Shown here: one piece after another, positions 9,771 through 20,313 of the stretch
Layout of the letters: each line of letters begins with the position of its first letter
Numbering within the stretch: position 1 is the first letter of the stretch
From: Pseudooceanicola sp.
GTDB lineage: Bacteria; Pseudomonadota; Alphaproteobacteria; Rhodobacterales; Rhodobacteraceae
NCBI GenBank assembly: GCA_050633485.1
Contig: JBOEGP010000026.1
Location: forward strand, 39,747 to 103,746
Reading direction: 5' to 3'
Length of the DNA: 64,000 bases
Notes under the pieces: generated by a model
Told to the model about the DNA's origin: nothing
What the model saw: only the letters and a program-made list of their open reading frames with translations
Database searches by the model: none
Translations under genes and position numbers: made by a program

Positions 9771-11594
9771 TTACTCGGTGGCGGATTCGGCCTTTTCCTC
9801 AAGGGTCAGCCATTCTTCTTCGGCAGAAGCGAGGGCGGTCTGGCGTTCGGCCAATGCCTCGCTCGCCTTTGCGAACTTGATTGGCTCTGCCGTGTAAAGG
9901 TCTGGTACGGATAGGTATTCCTCAAGCTTGGCGATTTCTGCCGCCAATCGCTCCATCACAGCGGGCAATTCCTTAAGGCGGTGCTCCTCGGTAAAGCTCA
10001 TCTTGGGCGCCTGCTTTACCTGCTGCGTGACCTTTCCCGCAGAACCATTTGTTTTCTTGACGCTTTTATCGGATTCGACATCACGCTCACCCCTTTGCGC
10101 GACATAATCGGACCAGCCGCCCGCATAAGGCGTGGCGCGGCCGTTGCCCTCCATCGCGATGGTCGTAGCGGCCACGCGGTCGATGAAGTCACGGTCGTGA
10201 CTGACCAACAGGACAGTGCCGTCATAGCCGTCCAAAAGTTCCTGAAGAAGGTCCAGGGTTTCAATGTCCAGATCATTGGTCGGTTCATCCAGAACCAGCA
10301 CATTGCTTTGGCGCGCCATCAGCTTGGCCAGCAGCAACCGCGCCTTTTCGCCCCCGGAAAGGGACCGAACCGGCGCGCGGGCCTGTGCCTCGTCAAACAG
10401 AAAATCCTTAAGGTAACTGACAACGTGGCGCGGTTGCCCCCGCACCATCACCTGATCCGCCTGACCCGATACGCGCATCTCGCGGTCCCCGGCCAGGCTT
10501 TCCCACAGGGTCATATCAGGGTCCAGCGCCGCGCGGCTTTGATCAAACACCGCCACATCCAGATTGGTGCCCAGTTTCACCTGGCCTGAATCCGGGGCCT
10601 CTTCGCCCGTCAACATCTTGATCAACGTGGTCTTGCCCACGCCGTTCGGGCCAACAAAGGCCACCCGGTCACCGCGCATCACCGTGATCGAAAAATCGCT
10701 GACAATGGTTTTGCGGTCATAGGCTTTGCACAGATCCGTGGCTTCGATCACCTTGCGGCCCGATTTCTGGCCCGCGTCAAAAACCATCGCCGCCGTGCCT
10801 TGGCGTTTGATCTGGGCGGCGCGATCCGCGCGCAGATCCTGAAGCGCGCGCACACGGCCCTGATTGCGCTTGCGCCGCGCGGATATCCCTTCGACGGCCC
10901 ACCGGGCTTCGGCCTTGATCTTGCGGTTCAGCTTGTGACGGGCAAGGTCCTCTTCCTCCCACATCTTGTCGCGCCACGCTTCGAAATGTTCGAACCCTTT
11001 GTCAGACCGGCGCACCTGCCCGCGATCAATCCACAATGTCGCGCGGGTCAACGCGCGCAGGAATGCCCGATCGTGCGAGATCAGAACAAAGGCCGCGCGG
11101 GTGTCGTTCAACTGCTCTTCCAGCCAACCAATCGCCTGAATATCCAGATGGTTGGTCGGTTCGTCCAACAACATCAAATCAGGTGCTTCGGCCCAAAGCT
11201 TGGCCAGGGCCGCGCGACGACGTTCGCCGCCACTGGCCGTGTCCACCGGGCGATCCGGGTCAAACTTCAACCCTTCGGACGCCATTTCAACGCGGTAAGC
11301 CTCGGACGGATCAAGTTCGCTTAACGCGAATTCGCCAAGGGTGGCAAACCCCGACATGTCCGGTTCCTGCTGCATGTAACCAACGCTTTGACCCGGCCCG
11401 ACGACACGCTTGCCCGTGTCGGCCTCAACCAATCCGGCGATCACCTTGAGAAGGGTGGATTTGCCCGACCCATTGCGCCCGACCAATGCCAGACGGTCGC
11501 CCGGCTGGATCGTCACGGACAGATCGGAAAAAACGGGATCCCCACCAAAGGTCAGCGAGATATCGGAGATTTGTAAAAGGGGTGCGCGTGCCAT
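9771..11594 (-). CDS. uup: ABC-F family ATPase (Uup-like)
   Basis: Two ABC cassettes (GRNGSGKS; GPNGVGKT; LDEPTN twice), ARRKRNQGR linker, C-terminal coiled coil. Confidence 0.9.
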   Translation of the reverse strand: MARAPLLQISDISLTFGGDPVFSDLSVTIQPGDRLALVGRNGSGKSTLLKVIAGLVEADTGKRVVGPGQSVGYMQQEPDMSGFATLGEFALSELDPSEAYRVEMASEGLKFDPDRPVDTASGGERRRAALAKLWAEAPDLMLLDEPTNHLDIQAIGWLEEQLNDTRAAFVLISHDRAFLRALTRATLWIDRGQVRRSDKGFEHFEAWRDKMWEEEDLARHKLNRKIKAEARWAVEGISARRKRNQGRVRALQDLRADRAAQIKRQGTAAMVFDAGQKSGRKVIEATDLCKAYDRKTIVSDFSITVMRGDRVAFVGPNGVGKTTLIKMLTGEEAPDSGQVKLGTNLDVAVFDQSRAALDPDMTLWESLAGDREMRVSGQADQVMVRGQPRHVVSYLKDFLFDEAQARAPVRSLSGGEKARLLLAKLMARQSNVLVLDEPTNDLDIETLDLLQELLDGYDGTVLLVSHDRDFIDRVAATTIAMEGNGRATPYAGGWSDYVAQRGERDVESDKSVKKTNGSAGKVTQQVKQAPKMSFTEEHRLKELPAVMERLAAEIAKLEEYLSVPDLYTAEPIKFAKASEALAERQTALASAEEEWLTLEEKAESATE

Positions 11595-11644
11595 GACGCG
11601 CAGCTAATGGCAGCAGGCAGCGGCGTCAACGCCCCTGCCCGGTT

Positions 11645-13003
11645 TCAGCCCTTTCGCCGGTCAAGTTGCAGCCAAATACCATCTTTTGAGCGCACCGTCA
11701 GATGGGCGACAGGCACCGGAACGCGCCCTTCAACCGGGCGCACATGGAAATCGCGCAGGATCATCGACAGGATCAAAGGCCCCTCAACCATCGCAAACCC
11801 GGCGCCGGGACACACGCGGGGACCGGCGGAAAACGGGATATAGGCATCGCGCATACACGCCTTGCCATTTTCAGTGCCAAACCGCGCAGGATCAAATTCG
11901 TCCGGGTTGTCCCAAAGCCGTTCATGGCGATGCAGATGCCATGGGCTTAGGACCACTTGCGATCCCTTGGCCACATCGCGATCCCGGAACCTGACGGGGC
12001 ATGCCGCCTCGCGCACCATCATCGGAACCGGCGGGTAAAGGCGCAGCGCCTCGCGGAACACATCGCGGCTCAGGCGCAATCGCGACATCACGCTGAAATC
12101 GCTGTCGTCGCCTAACGCACTGGCCTCTTGCGCCAGCTTGTCCTGCCATTCCGGGTGTGTCGCAACAAGGTAAAGCGTCCAGGCCAGGGCCGAGGCAGAG
12201 GTTTCATGCCCGGCCAGGAAAAAGATCGCGACCTGATCGACCATCTCGGTGGTGTCAAAGCGTTCGCCGGTTTCGGGGTCGGGTGTTGTCATGATCTTGG
12301 TGGCCAGATCATCCGGCGCCGTGCCATTGGCGATCGCTTGGGCACGATCCGCTGTCAGCCGTGTGATCAGCCCGCGAATGGCCTTGGCCGACCTGCGTGT
12401 GCCCGACCGGAAAAACCGCGGCATCCAGCGCGGCAATGGCACAAAGGCGGCAAGGTTCACAACCGGTTGCGTGCGTTGATAATTGCGAAATTCGTGAAAC
12501 ACATCGCTGGCGATCTCATGTTCGATGGGGATCGAAAACAACGTGCGAAAAATGACATCGGCGGCGGCATGGCTCGCCTCTTCCTCGATCTCAAGCGGCG
12601 CACCGGTCCGTGCGCCCAATCGCGCCACACAGGCCCGCGCGGCGTCATGCATGGCCGGGAATGTGTCACGTAACCGTCCACCCTCAAACGCCGGATCAAT
12701 GACGCGCCGCTGGCGTTTCCACGTCTCACCGTTTGTGACGAACACGGATTGCCCCAACAATGGGCGCAACCCTTCGCTGACCCTATCGCTTTTGGGGAAA
12801 TCGTCAGGGCGTTCCTTGAGGACGGTTTTCACCAGCTCGGGCTGGTTCACCATGTATGATCGAAAGAATGGCGTGCGAAATTCGGCCATCCACGCGCGAT
12901 ACAGCTTGGCCGGTTGCGCCGACAACAGGTCCTGACGGAACAGTTTGACATAGCGGCGCAGGCTGACCTTGTCAGGGCGTGCATTGGGTTTGGGCGGGGT
13001 CAC
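11645..13003 (-). CDS. Cytochrome P450
   Basis: I-helix AGHETSA, EALR (ExxR), heme motif PFSAGPRVCPG. Confidence 0.96.
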   Translation of the reverse strand: MTPPKPNARPDKVSLRRYVKLFRQDLLSAQPAKLYRAWMAEFRTPFFRSYMVNQPELVKTVLKERPDDFPKSDRVSEGLRPLLGQSVFVTNGETWKRQRRVIDPAFEGGRLRDTFPAMHDAARACVARLGARTGAPLEIEEEASHAAADVIFRTLFSIPIEHEIASDVFHEFRNYQRTQPVVNLAAFVPLPRWMPRFFRSGTRRSAKAIRGLITRLTADRAQAIANGTAPDDLATKIMTTPDPETGERFDTTEMVDQVAIFFLAGHETSASALAWTLYLVATHPEWQDKLAQEASALGDDSDFSVMSRLRLSRDVFREALRLYPPVPMMVREAACPVRFRDRDVAKGSQVVLSPWHLHRHERLWDNPDEFDPARFGTENGKACMRDAYIPFSAGPRVCPGAGFAMVEGPLILSMILRDFHVRPVEGRVPVPVAHLTVRSKDGIWLQLDRRKG

Positions 13004-14241
13004 GGGGTGACGCTCGTGTATTTTGACACCGGCGTTTCGATCCGGCTTTTTGATGGCGCGCGCCCGGCATACCGATCGGCCAATGTCAGCGGCCCTGCGG
13101 TGATGCGGAAATAATCGTAATCGCCGGGCCGATCAAAGGCGCAGAGATACTGGAAATGCAGCCGAAAAAACCGCCACCGCATTTCCTTCCATTTTTGGGG
13201 TGACAATGTCTGGGTAAACGCCGCCGACACAACCAGCGGCCATTTCTTGCCCTCGGGCGCGACACCACTCACCGCCACAGGATCACACAAGGCAAAGGCA
13301 CAGCCGTCACCGGGGGCCGTCACATCGACCCAGGTGATGTCCCCGCGCGTGGACAGATACCGCAAATCCGCACGCAGCCGATCCGCCTTTGGCAGGAACG
13401 ACACCATCGGCACCACCTGCCCCAGCGACAGGAACGACAGGGCCGGGCCATCCCCTGGGACCCGCCCGGCGCGGATCAGATCCGACAGGATCGACACCGC
13501 CAGATGCGCGCCGGATGAATGGCCAACCACCAACACCTCGTCCGCATCCGTCTGCAACGCCTCGGCGATCACATCTGCGAATTCCGCCATCCGCGCCTCA
13601 AGAGCAGCAGGGTTCGCCCCTTTGGATCGCGCGGAAAACGAATAATCATGCATCAGGTAATAAGCAAAGAACTTGCCATCGCGCGCCTTGAACCAGCGCA
13701 GAACCGCAACGACCACACCCGCCCCGACACTCAGGCCGAACCAAAATCCCCATGCGCCCAGCCCAAGCACGCCCAAGCCCAGGGACACAGCCCATGCCGC
13801 CCCCCAGCCCGTAAGCAACGCCAACACCAGTTGCACCAACAGGAACCCGACAGGATACAGCGCCGCAATCACCGGCCCCTTGCGCAACCGCATCAATCGC
13901 CACAACGCCCCGGACCCGATATAGGCCCAGGCGGTGCGGACAAGTTGAATATATGTTTCAGGGATCGAATGGCCCATGCTGTCGCGCACAATGTCAGACC
14001 AGACCAGCACATCAACATCCGCCTCCACCTCGGCCCCATCCATCGCACCGGCGACATGCCAGCCATAAGGGCCCTGCGTCGCCTTGGGGCGCAACGTCAT
14101 CTCATAGCCGGACACCTCTGCCTGATCGCGCCCTTCCTTTCGGTAAAGCTCGCGGTATCGGCGCGGATGGATCGGGTCATAGCCGGGAATGTAAAACACC
14201 CGCCGGCGGGTCACTGTCTGGGTCATCTGGGGCCTGCTCAT
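13000..14241 (-). CDS. Membrane-associated alpha/beta-hydrolase-fold hypothetical protein
   Basis: VFYIPGYDP N-terminus, central TM hairpin, VVGHSSG nucleophile elbow; 4-nt overlap with the P450. Confidence 0.75.
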   Translation of the reverse strand: MSRPQMTQTVTRRRVFYIPGYDPIHPRRYRELYRKEGRDQAEVSGYEMTLRPKATQGPYGWHVAGAMDGAEVEADVDVLVWSDIVRDSMGHSIPETYIQLVRTAWAYIGSGALWRLMRLRKGPVIAALYPVGFLLVQLVLALLTGWGAAWAVSLGLGVLGLGAWGFWFGLSVGAGVVVAVLRWFKARDGKFFAYYLMHDYSFSARSKGANPAALEARMAEFADVIAEALQTDADEVLVVGHSSGAHLAVSILSDLIRAGRVPGDGPALSFLSLGQVVPMVSFLPKADRLRADLRYLSTRGDITWVDVTAPGDGCAFALCDPVAVSGVAPEGKKWPLVVSAAFTQTLSPQKWKEMRWRFFRLHFQYLCAFDRPGDYDYFRITAGPLTLADRYAGRAPSKSRIETPVSKYTSVTP

Positions 14242-14288
14242 GCCTCTTTGAAAACAGCCTATCGCAGTTTTCGGGCAAGTTTATGGCA

Positions 14289-15038
14289 TCACCCCAATGT
14301 GGCAAGCCCCGGAAACGCCTCAAGCAACCAATAGGAAAACGCGGAAAATCCCCCGGTCAACATCAACAGCCCGATCGTCCACAGCAACAGGCCCATGACC
14401 CGCTCGATCACCTCCATATGCCGTTTCATCCAGCCCATCAGCCCGGTCAGTCGCGGCAGGAACGCAGCGACCAACAGAAACGGCACCCCCAACCCGATCG
14501 CATAAACCGCCAACAGGCTGGTGCCACGCACGACACTCGCCTCGGATGCGGCCAGTGACAGGATCGCGCCCAGTTGCGGGCCGATGCACGGCGTCCACCC
14601 GAATGCAAAAGCCAGCCCCAGCACATAGGCCCCAAAGGCGGTCCCGCCCGTGTCGCCCGCATCCACCCGCGCCTCACGGTTCAGGATGCCGATCCTGACA
14701 ATCCCCAGGAAATGCAATCCGAACACCATCACCAAAACCCCGGCAATAGTGTTGAACCAACTCTGATAGGCCAGAAACACCCGCCCCGCGGTCGACGCGG
14801 CAAAGCCCAGCAACAAGAAAACCGTCGACAGGCCCATGACAAAAAACAACGCCGGAACAACGGCTTGCCACCGCCGCCCGCCTTGGCCCAGGTCAGAAAC
14901 CGACACGCCTGACATATACGCCAGATACGGCGGCACAATCGGCAGGACACAAGGGCTCAGAAACGACAATATGCCGGCCATCAGTGCCACACTCATCGCG
15001 GGCAACAATCCCGCATCAATTATATCGATCCCAAACAT
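14289..15038 (-). CDS. ccdA: Cytochrome c biogenesis protein CcdA
   Basis: SFLSPCVLP and GWTPCIGP motifs. Confidence 0.95.
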   Translation of the reverse strand: MFGIDIIDAGLLPAMSVALMAGILSFLSPCVLPIVPPYLAYMSGVSVSDLGQGGRRWQAVVPALFFVMGLSTVFLLLGFAASTAGRVFLAYQSWFNTIAGVLVMVFGLHFLGIVRIGILNREARVDAGDTGGTAFGAYVLGLAFAFGWTPCIGPQLGAILSLAASEASVVRGTSLLAVYAIGLGVPFLLVAAFLPRLTGLMGWMKRHMEVIERVMGLLLWTIGLLMLTGGFSAFSYWLLEAFPGLATLG

Positions 15039-15135
15039 GCACAGGCCATACCTCAGCCCAAGCACCCCGTCACCTGCCGAGTTGTCACAACATTGTTCCC
15101 CACCAATCCCGCGCCCCTGGCGGCAAAACCGCCCC

Positions 15136-15192
15136 CTTCCTCTGGCCTGAAATACTGCGGGGGGTGCGGGGGGCTGGCCCCCCGCCTGCGCA
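15136..15192. repeat. Rhodobacteraceae-type REP-like palindromic element
   Basis: CTTCCTCTGGCCTGAAATAC followed by the GCGGGGGGCTGGCCCCCCGC hairpin; resembles small extragenic palindromes recalled from Rhodobacteraceae. Confidence 0.55.
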
Positions 15193-15250
15193 AAGCGCCA
15201 AAATAGCGTGCGGTCTGGACACAGGCGCTCCCCCCTCCTAAGGACCGGCC

Positions 15251-15499
15251 ATGGATGACATCATCGACGCCATCGGCCTTCTTTGCCCCCTGCCCGTGCT
15301 GCGGGTCCAAAAGGCACTCGCCAATGCCAGTCCGGGGGCGCAGGTGCGCATCCGCACCAGTGATCCGGTGGCGGTGATCGACATTCCGCATTTCTGCGTC
15401 CAGTCCGGCCATGACCTGATCGAAAGCATTGACGAGGGCGACACTCACCTCTTCACCCTTGCGCGCGGCCCGAATGCGCCGGCGAAAAACACACCGTAA
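15251..15499 (+). CDS. tusA: Sulfurtransferase TusA family protein
   Basis: IDAIGLLCPLPV (CPxP) and DPVAVIDIPHFC. Confidence 0.92.
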   Translation: MDDIIDAIGLLCPLPVLRVQKALANASPGAQVRIRTSDPVAVIDIPHFCVQSGHDLIESIDEGDTHLFTLARGPNAPAKNTP

Positions 15500-15510
15500 C
15501 ACAAACGCAA

Positions 15511-15539
15511 AACGCCGCGCCCAATCGGGGCGCGGCGTT
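15511..15539. terminator. Rho-independent terminator for rne (possibly bidirectional)
   Basis: AACGCCGCGCCC/GGGCGCGGCGTT hairpin with a T-tract on the minus strand. Confidence 0.75.
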
Positions 15540-15560
15540 CGCATGTCGATGCGGCTGCGT

Positions 15561-18509
15561 TTAGCGTCCCAGTGACCACCAACCGCGCTTTTTGGGTTTG
15601 TCGTCAGCCGGGGCCGATGCTGTGCCCGTGTCTGACCCCGGTGTCGGCGCGGCAACAGATGCTTCGGCCACCGGCGCTTTCGCAGCTGGGGCTTCGGCCA
15701 CGGGGGCCTCGGCCACCGGCGACTGCGCGGCGGTGTCAGCGCTGGCCACCGGCTCTGCGGCTTTGGGTGCCGCCTTGGGCTTGGGCTTTGCGCGTGACGC
15801 GCGCGGCTTGGGCGCGGGCTTTTCTGCGGCCGGTGCCGCGGCCTCGACCGCGTCGCTGTCGGCGCCCGCAGCGGTGTCAGCATCGCTCGCCTTGGCGGTC
15901 TTGGCCCGTGAGGTGCGCGGCGTCTTGGCGGCCGTGGTCTTGGTGGTCCCCTTGGCCGTCGTAGACCGTGTCGATTTCGCCTTGCTTGTGGTTGATCGCG
16001 TACGCGTCGTCGGCTTTTTCTTTGGCGCAGCGTCTTCCGCCTGCGTTTCCGCTTCGGCTTCGGCTTCGGGCGCATCGCCGGTGGCGGCCTCACTTACCGC
16101 GTCGGTCGAAACGGCTTCAGCCGCCGCAACCTCTGCCGGACCCTCTGCTTCGCCCGCCGCTTCTGGCGCGGCATCAGCCTTGGCGTCAGCCGCATTGCCG
16201 GTTTCAGCCGTAACAGCCTCATCGGTCTGGCCGTCTTCACCCTGCGACGCATCGCCCTCGGCCGACGCAGTGCCGTCCGTCGACTCACCCTGACCCTCGG
16301 CTGACCCGCTTTTTGATTTCCGGCGGCGCCGACGGCGGCGTTTCTTCTTTGGCTTTGTTTCGTCTTCATCTCCCGGCGCACCGGTGGATGCCTCGGACTC
16401 CGACGACAGCTGATCCTCGTCGATCTCGTCTTCGCTCACATCATCGGTGACATCTTCCATCAACGACGCGCTGACGGACACAACAGCCGGCGCTTCACGT
16501 ATGATGCGGGTCGCTGTCTTGAATTTCTCCATCGAGAAATCCGGGCTCATCAGCAGCGGATCACCTTCAATGCGCACAGACAAACCATAGCGGCCTTCGA
16601 TGGTCGCCACGTGGTCGCGTTTCTGGTTCATCAGGTAGTTGGCGATGCCAACCGGACATTTGACCAGCACCTCGCGCGACCGCTTGCGCACGCCTTCTTC
16701 TTCGATCTGACGCAGGATAGACAACGCCATATTGTCGTCCGACCGGATCAACCCGGTGCCATGACAGACATGACAAGGTTGGGTCGTCGCCTCGATCATG
16801 CCGGGGCGCAGACGTTGGCGCGACATTTCCATCAGGCCGAAACCGGAAATGCGACCCACCTGAATGCGGGCACGATCGGTCTTCAGCTTGTCTTTCATGC
16901 GCTTTTCAACCGCGAGGTTGTTCTTGCGTTCGTCCATGTCGATGAAATCGATGACGATCAGACCGGCCAGATCGCGCAGGCGCAACTGGCGCGCGACTTC
17001 TTCGGCGGCTTCAAGGTTGGTCTTGGTCGCGGTGTCTTCGATCGACCCTTCCTTGGTGGCCCGACCCGAGTTCACGTCGATCGCGACCAACGCCTCGGTC
17101 ACGCCGATCACGATATACCCGCCCGACTTTAGCTGAACGGTCGGATTGAACATCGCTGACAGATAGCTTTCCACCTGAAAACGCGCGAACAGCGGCATGC
17201 TTTCGGCATAATGCTTCACGTTTTTGGCGTGGGACGGCATGATCATTTTCATGAAGTCCTTGGCGTTGCGATATCCGCGTTCGCCTTCGACCAGCACTTC
17301 GTCGATGTCGCGACTGTAAAGATCGCGGATCGACCGTTTGATCAGATCGCCTTCTTCATAGATTTTCGCCGGGGCGATGGATTTCAACGTCAGTTCGCGG
17401 ATCTGTTCCCACATCCGCTGTAGGTATTCATAGTCGCGCTTGATCTCGGTCTTTGTGCGTTTGGCCCCTGCCGTACGCACGATCAGCCCGGCACCTGATG
17501 GCACCTCGATCTCATTCGCGATTTCCTTTAGCTTTTTGCGGTCCGCGGCATTGGTGATCTTGCGGGAAATCCCGCCACCACGCGCCGTGTTCGGCATCAA
17601 AACGCAATACCGCCCCGCAAGGCTAAGGTAGGTTGTCAGGGCCGCGCCCTTGTTGCCGCGTTCTTCCTTGACGACCTGCACCAAAAGGATCTGGCGCACT
17701 TTGACGACTTCTTGGATCTTATAGCGGCGCGGGCGCGGTTTGCGCGGCGGGCGAATCTCGTCCTGATCGTCCTCATCCGCGACGCTTTCGATGTCGGAAT
17801 CGCGATCTGTTGCGTCTTTGGCGCGCGGTTTGTCTTCGTCAGCGTCGCCTGCATCATCGCTGGCATCTTCGCCGGAGTCATCAGCGGGTTCTGCGGTTTC
17901 GGCAGGCGCATCGCTTGCCTCGGGCGCGTTGGTTTCTGCGGCCTCCGCGTCTGGCGCCGCGTCACCGTCGGCTTGTGCCTGCGGTGTTGCGTCGTCTGTC
18001 TGTCCGTTCTCGGGTTCTTCCACCGGGGTTTCGGCAACCGTTTCCATCGGCGACGTGCCTTCGGGCACTTCGGCGTCAAGGTCGATGGTTTCCATGCCGC
18101 TGATTTCACCAGTGGCTTCGCGGGTTGTCACCGCATCGGCGGATTTGGCGGCTGCGGGTTTGGACCGTGACGACCGCCGCTTTTTCGGTTCTTCGTCTTC
18201 GCGGGCGCGCTGTGCTTCGGCATAGGCGCGTTCTTCCTCAAGCAGGGCCTCACGGTCTGCGACGGGGATTTGATAGTAATCGGGGTGGATTTCCGAAAAC
18301 GCCAGGAAACCATGCCGGTTTCCCCCATAATCCACGAAGGCCGCCTGAAGCGACGGTTCAACCCGTGTTACTTTGGCAAGGTATATGTTGCCTGCTAGTT
18401 GACGTTTGTTTTCTGATTCAAAGTCGAATTCCTCGACCTTGTTTCCGTCGACCACCACAACGCGGGTCTCTTCCGCGTGGGTGGCATCGATGAGCATTTT
18501 CTTAGCCAT
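15561..18509 (-). CDS. rne: Ribonuclease E
   Basis: MAKKMLIDA, S1 domain with acidic insertion, AIDVNSG, IDFIDM, CHVCHGTG Zn-link, disordered C-terminal domain ending in GWW. Confidence 0.98.
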   Translation of the reverse strand: MAKKMLIDATHAEETRVVVVDGNKVEEFDFESENKRQLAGNIYLAKVTRVEPSLQAAFVDYGGNRHGFLAFSEIHPDYYQIPVADREALLEEERAYAEAQRAREDEEPKKRRSSRSKPAAAKSADAVTTREATGEISGMETIDLDAEVPEGTSPMETVAETPVEEPENGQTDDATPQAQADGDAAPDAEAAETNAPEASDAPAETAEPADDSGEDASDDAGDADEDKPRAKDATDRDSDIESVADEDDQDEIRPPRKPRPRRYKIQEVVKVRQILLVQVVKEERGNKGAALTTYLSLAGRYCVLMPNTARGGGISRKITNAADRKKLKEIANEIEVPSGAGLIVRTAGAKRTKTEIKRDYEYLQRMWEQIRELTLKSIAPAKIYEEGDLIKRSIRDLYSRDIDEVLVEGERGYRNAKDFMKMIMPSHAKNVKHYAESMPLFARFQVESYLSAMFNPTVQLKSGGYIVIGVTEALVAIDVNSGRATKEGSIEDTATKTNLEAAEEVARQLRLRDLAGLIVIDFIDMDERKNNLAVEKRMKDKLKTDRARIQVGRISGFGLMEMSRQRLRPGMIEATTQPCHVCHGTGLIRSDDNMALSILRQIEEEGVRKRSREVLVKCPVGIANYLMNQKRDHVATIEGRYGLSVRIEGDPLLMSPDFSMEKFKTATRIIREAPAVVSVSASLMEDVTDDVSEDEIDEDQLSSESEASTGAPGDEDETKPKKKRRRRRRRKSKSGSAEGQGESTDGTASAEGDASQGEDGQTDEAVTAETGNAADAKADAAPEAAGEAEGPAEVAAAEAVSTDAVSEAATGDAPEAEAEAETQAEDAAPKKKPTTRTRSTTSKAKSTRSTTAKGTTKTTAAKTPRTSRAKTAKASDADTAAGADSDAVEAAAPAAEKPAPKPRASRAKPKPKAAPKAAEPVASADTAAQSPVAEAPVAEAPAAKAPVAEASVAAPTPGSDTGTASAPADDKPKKRGWWSLGR

Positions 18510-19122
18510 GTTATCCGTTTGCACACGTGCGTTCGGCCCTGATCCGGTGGATCAAGGCGTCTGTCACTGCGTCTGTCAGGGGCGATGGCGGCGGCGGCAC
18601 GGGAATAGCGGGCCGAAAGACCCACTTGTTTACCCGTCAATTGTCCTGCGCGCCTCATCGCGTTTTCTTCTCCGGCGGCGTCCTCGTTCATCGGGCGCGC
18701 CACCCATTCGGCACCCGTTTGCCGCGATGCGGCTCCGGGCTGTGTTGCGGCCCAGCGGGGCCTCATCGGTCTGGTCTGCCACGCTCCGGCCCGTTGGGCC
18801 CCCACGCGAACAGATCAGCGAAACTTGTCCATACTGTGCATATAGGCACAGCAACGTGCTTAGACCATAGATGGAAGCAGCCCGTAAACACAATCGCCAA
18901 ATTCGCGTGTATTGCCGCAAGGCGCACATCTTTTGGTTGAATCGGCCCAATTGGCCCAAACACCCCGCATCAGATCGCACAGCCGCGCACACCAAACAGG
19001 CAGACACCGCGCCCGGATCTGTTGGACCTTGGCGCGGGATTGTCATAACGGACAAGCGCGGCAAAATGACTTTCAGGCGCATCCGATACAGCCCGCGCCC
19101 CCAATCAGACCAAAGGCCAACC

Positions 19123-20313
19123 ATGAAGATCGTACAATTCGGATTGTGTTTCAGCCCCAACCTAGGCGATGGCATTATCGCAGAATGCATCGCCTATGGC
19201 CTGACATCGCGGCGCCCGGATGCCAGCGTGACCTGCATTGACATTTCCGCCCGCCAATCGCGCGGGGCGGTGCCAATCGGCAACCGCGAGCTGATCCTGG
19301 CCATTCTGGACCGCCTGCCGCGCCCCCTGCGCCACACCCTGGCCCTGTGGAAGCTGAACCGCGTGATCGACGGGGTCGAACCGGCGTGGTCAAAAGCCGC
19401 GCAGGCCGATTTGGCCGTGATCGGCGGCGGACAGATTTTTGCCGACGCCAACCTGAATTTCCCAATCAAACTTGCCCGTGCGGCGCGTGTCCTCAAGGCG
19501 GCCGGCACGCCGACAGCCATCTACGGGGTCGGTGTCGCAGCAAATTGGTCACGGCGTGGCAAGGCGCTGTTCGGTGCGGTGTTTGCCACTGACCTACATA
19601 TGATCGGTGTGCGCGATGAAGGGTCCGCACAGGCCTGGCGCGCCCAGACCACGGGCGGCCCATCCCCTGAAATCACCTATGATCCCGGTCTGCTGGCGGC
19701 CCAATGCTATGGCGAACCGCCCGCCCCACCCAGGGGGATCGGGCTTTGTATTACGGATTTCGCCCTGTTGGCCCATCACGCGGACGATACGATTGCCGGG
19801 CAATCCGCAGGCGGTGTGGCGTTTTACACCAGCATCGTCACATCGCTGATCGACCGGGGCCACCAAGTGACCCTGTTCAGCAATGGCGCATCCGAAGACA
19901 CGGCCCTGATGGCCGCGCTGGCCAAAGCACCCGCGCTGCGCGAGGCCATTGAAAGCAATCACCTGCGTATCCCCCCAGCCGCATCAACACCACGGGACCT
20001 GGCGATGCAGATTGCGGGTTTCCAGGCGGTGATTGCCCACCGGCTTCACGCCTGCATCGTCGCCTATAGCTATGGGCGCCCGGTCATCGGAATGGGATGG
20101 GACAAGAAGCTGGAATCTTTCTTTGATCTGGCCGCGCAAGGCGCATTTTTCTCGGCCGACCCGGCGATACGGGGCGACGACATTGCGCAATTGGTCGACG
20201 CGGCCATCGCCGCCGGGGTGGACCCGGCCCATCACAAGGCGGTTGTTGATGGCGCGTGGGACGGGATCGATCGGCTGTTGGCCGTCGCCACTAGGGCACC
20301 TGTGTCAGGGTAA
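19123..20313 (+). CDS. Polysaccharide pyruvyl transferase family protein
   Basis: SPNLGD, IGGGQ, GVGV, VRDEGS and HRLHACI motifs; start trimmed to MKIVQFG. Confidence 0.88.
   Translation: MKIVQFGLCFSPNLGDGIIAECIAYGLTSRRPDASVTCIDISARQSRGAVPIGNRELILAILDRLPRPLRHTLALWKLNRVIDGVEPAWSKAAQADLAVIGGGQIFADANLNFPIKLARAARVLKAAGTPTAIYGVGVAANWSRRGKALFGAVFATDLHMIGVRDEGSAQAWRAQTTGGPSPEITYDPGLLAAQCYGEPPAPPRGIGLCITDFALLAHHADDTIAGQSAGGVAFYTSIVTSLIDRGHQVTLFSNGASEDTALMAALAKAPALREAIESNHLRIPPAASTPRDLAMQIAGFQAVIAHRLHACIVAYSYGRPVIGMGWDKKLESFFDLAAQGAFFSADPAIRGDDIAQLVDAAIAAGVDPAHHKAVVDGAWDGIDRLLAVATRAPVSG

Noticed and set aside
15053-16293. Arg/Pro-rich and Ala/Ser-rich ORFs overlapping the rne 3' end
   Set aside because: Alternate frames of the low-complexity RNase E tail
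18630-19190. 5' extension of the 480-aa ORF (from 18871) and the 186-aa minus-strand ORF
   Set aside because: Family homology starts at MKIVQFG (19123); the upstream sequence is better explained as the divergent rne promoter and leader
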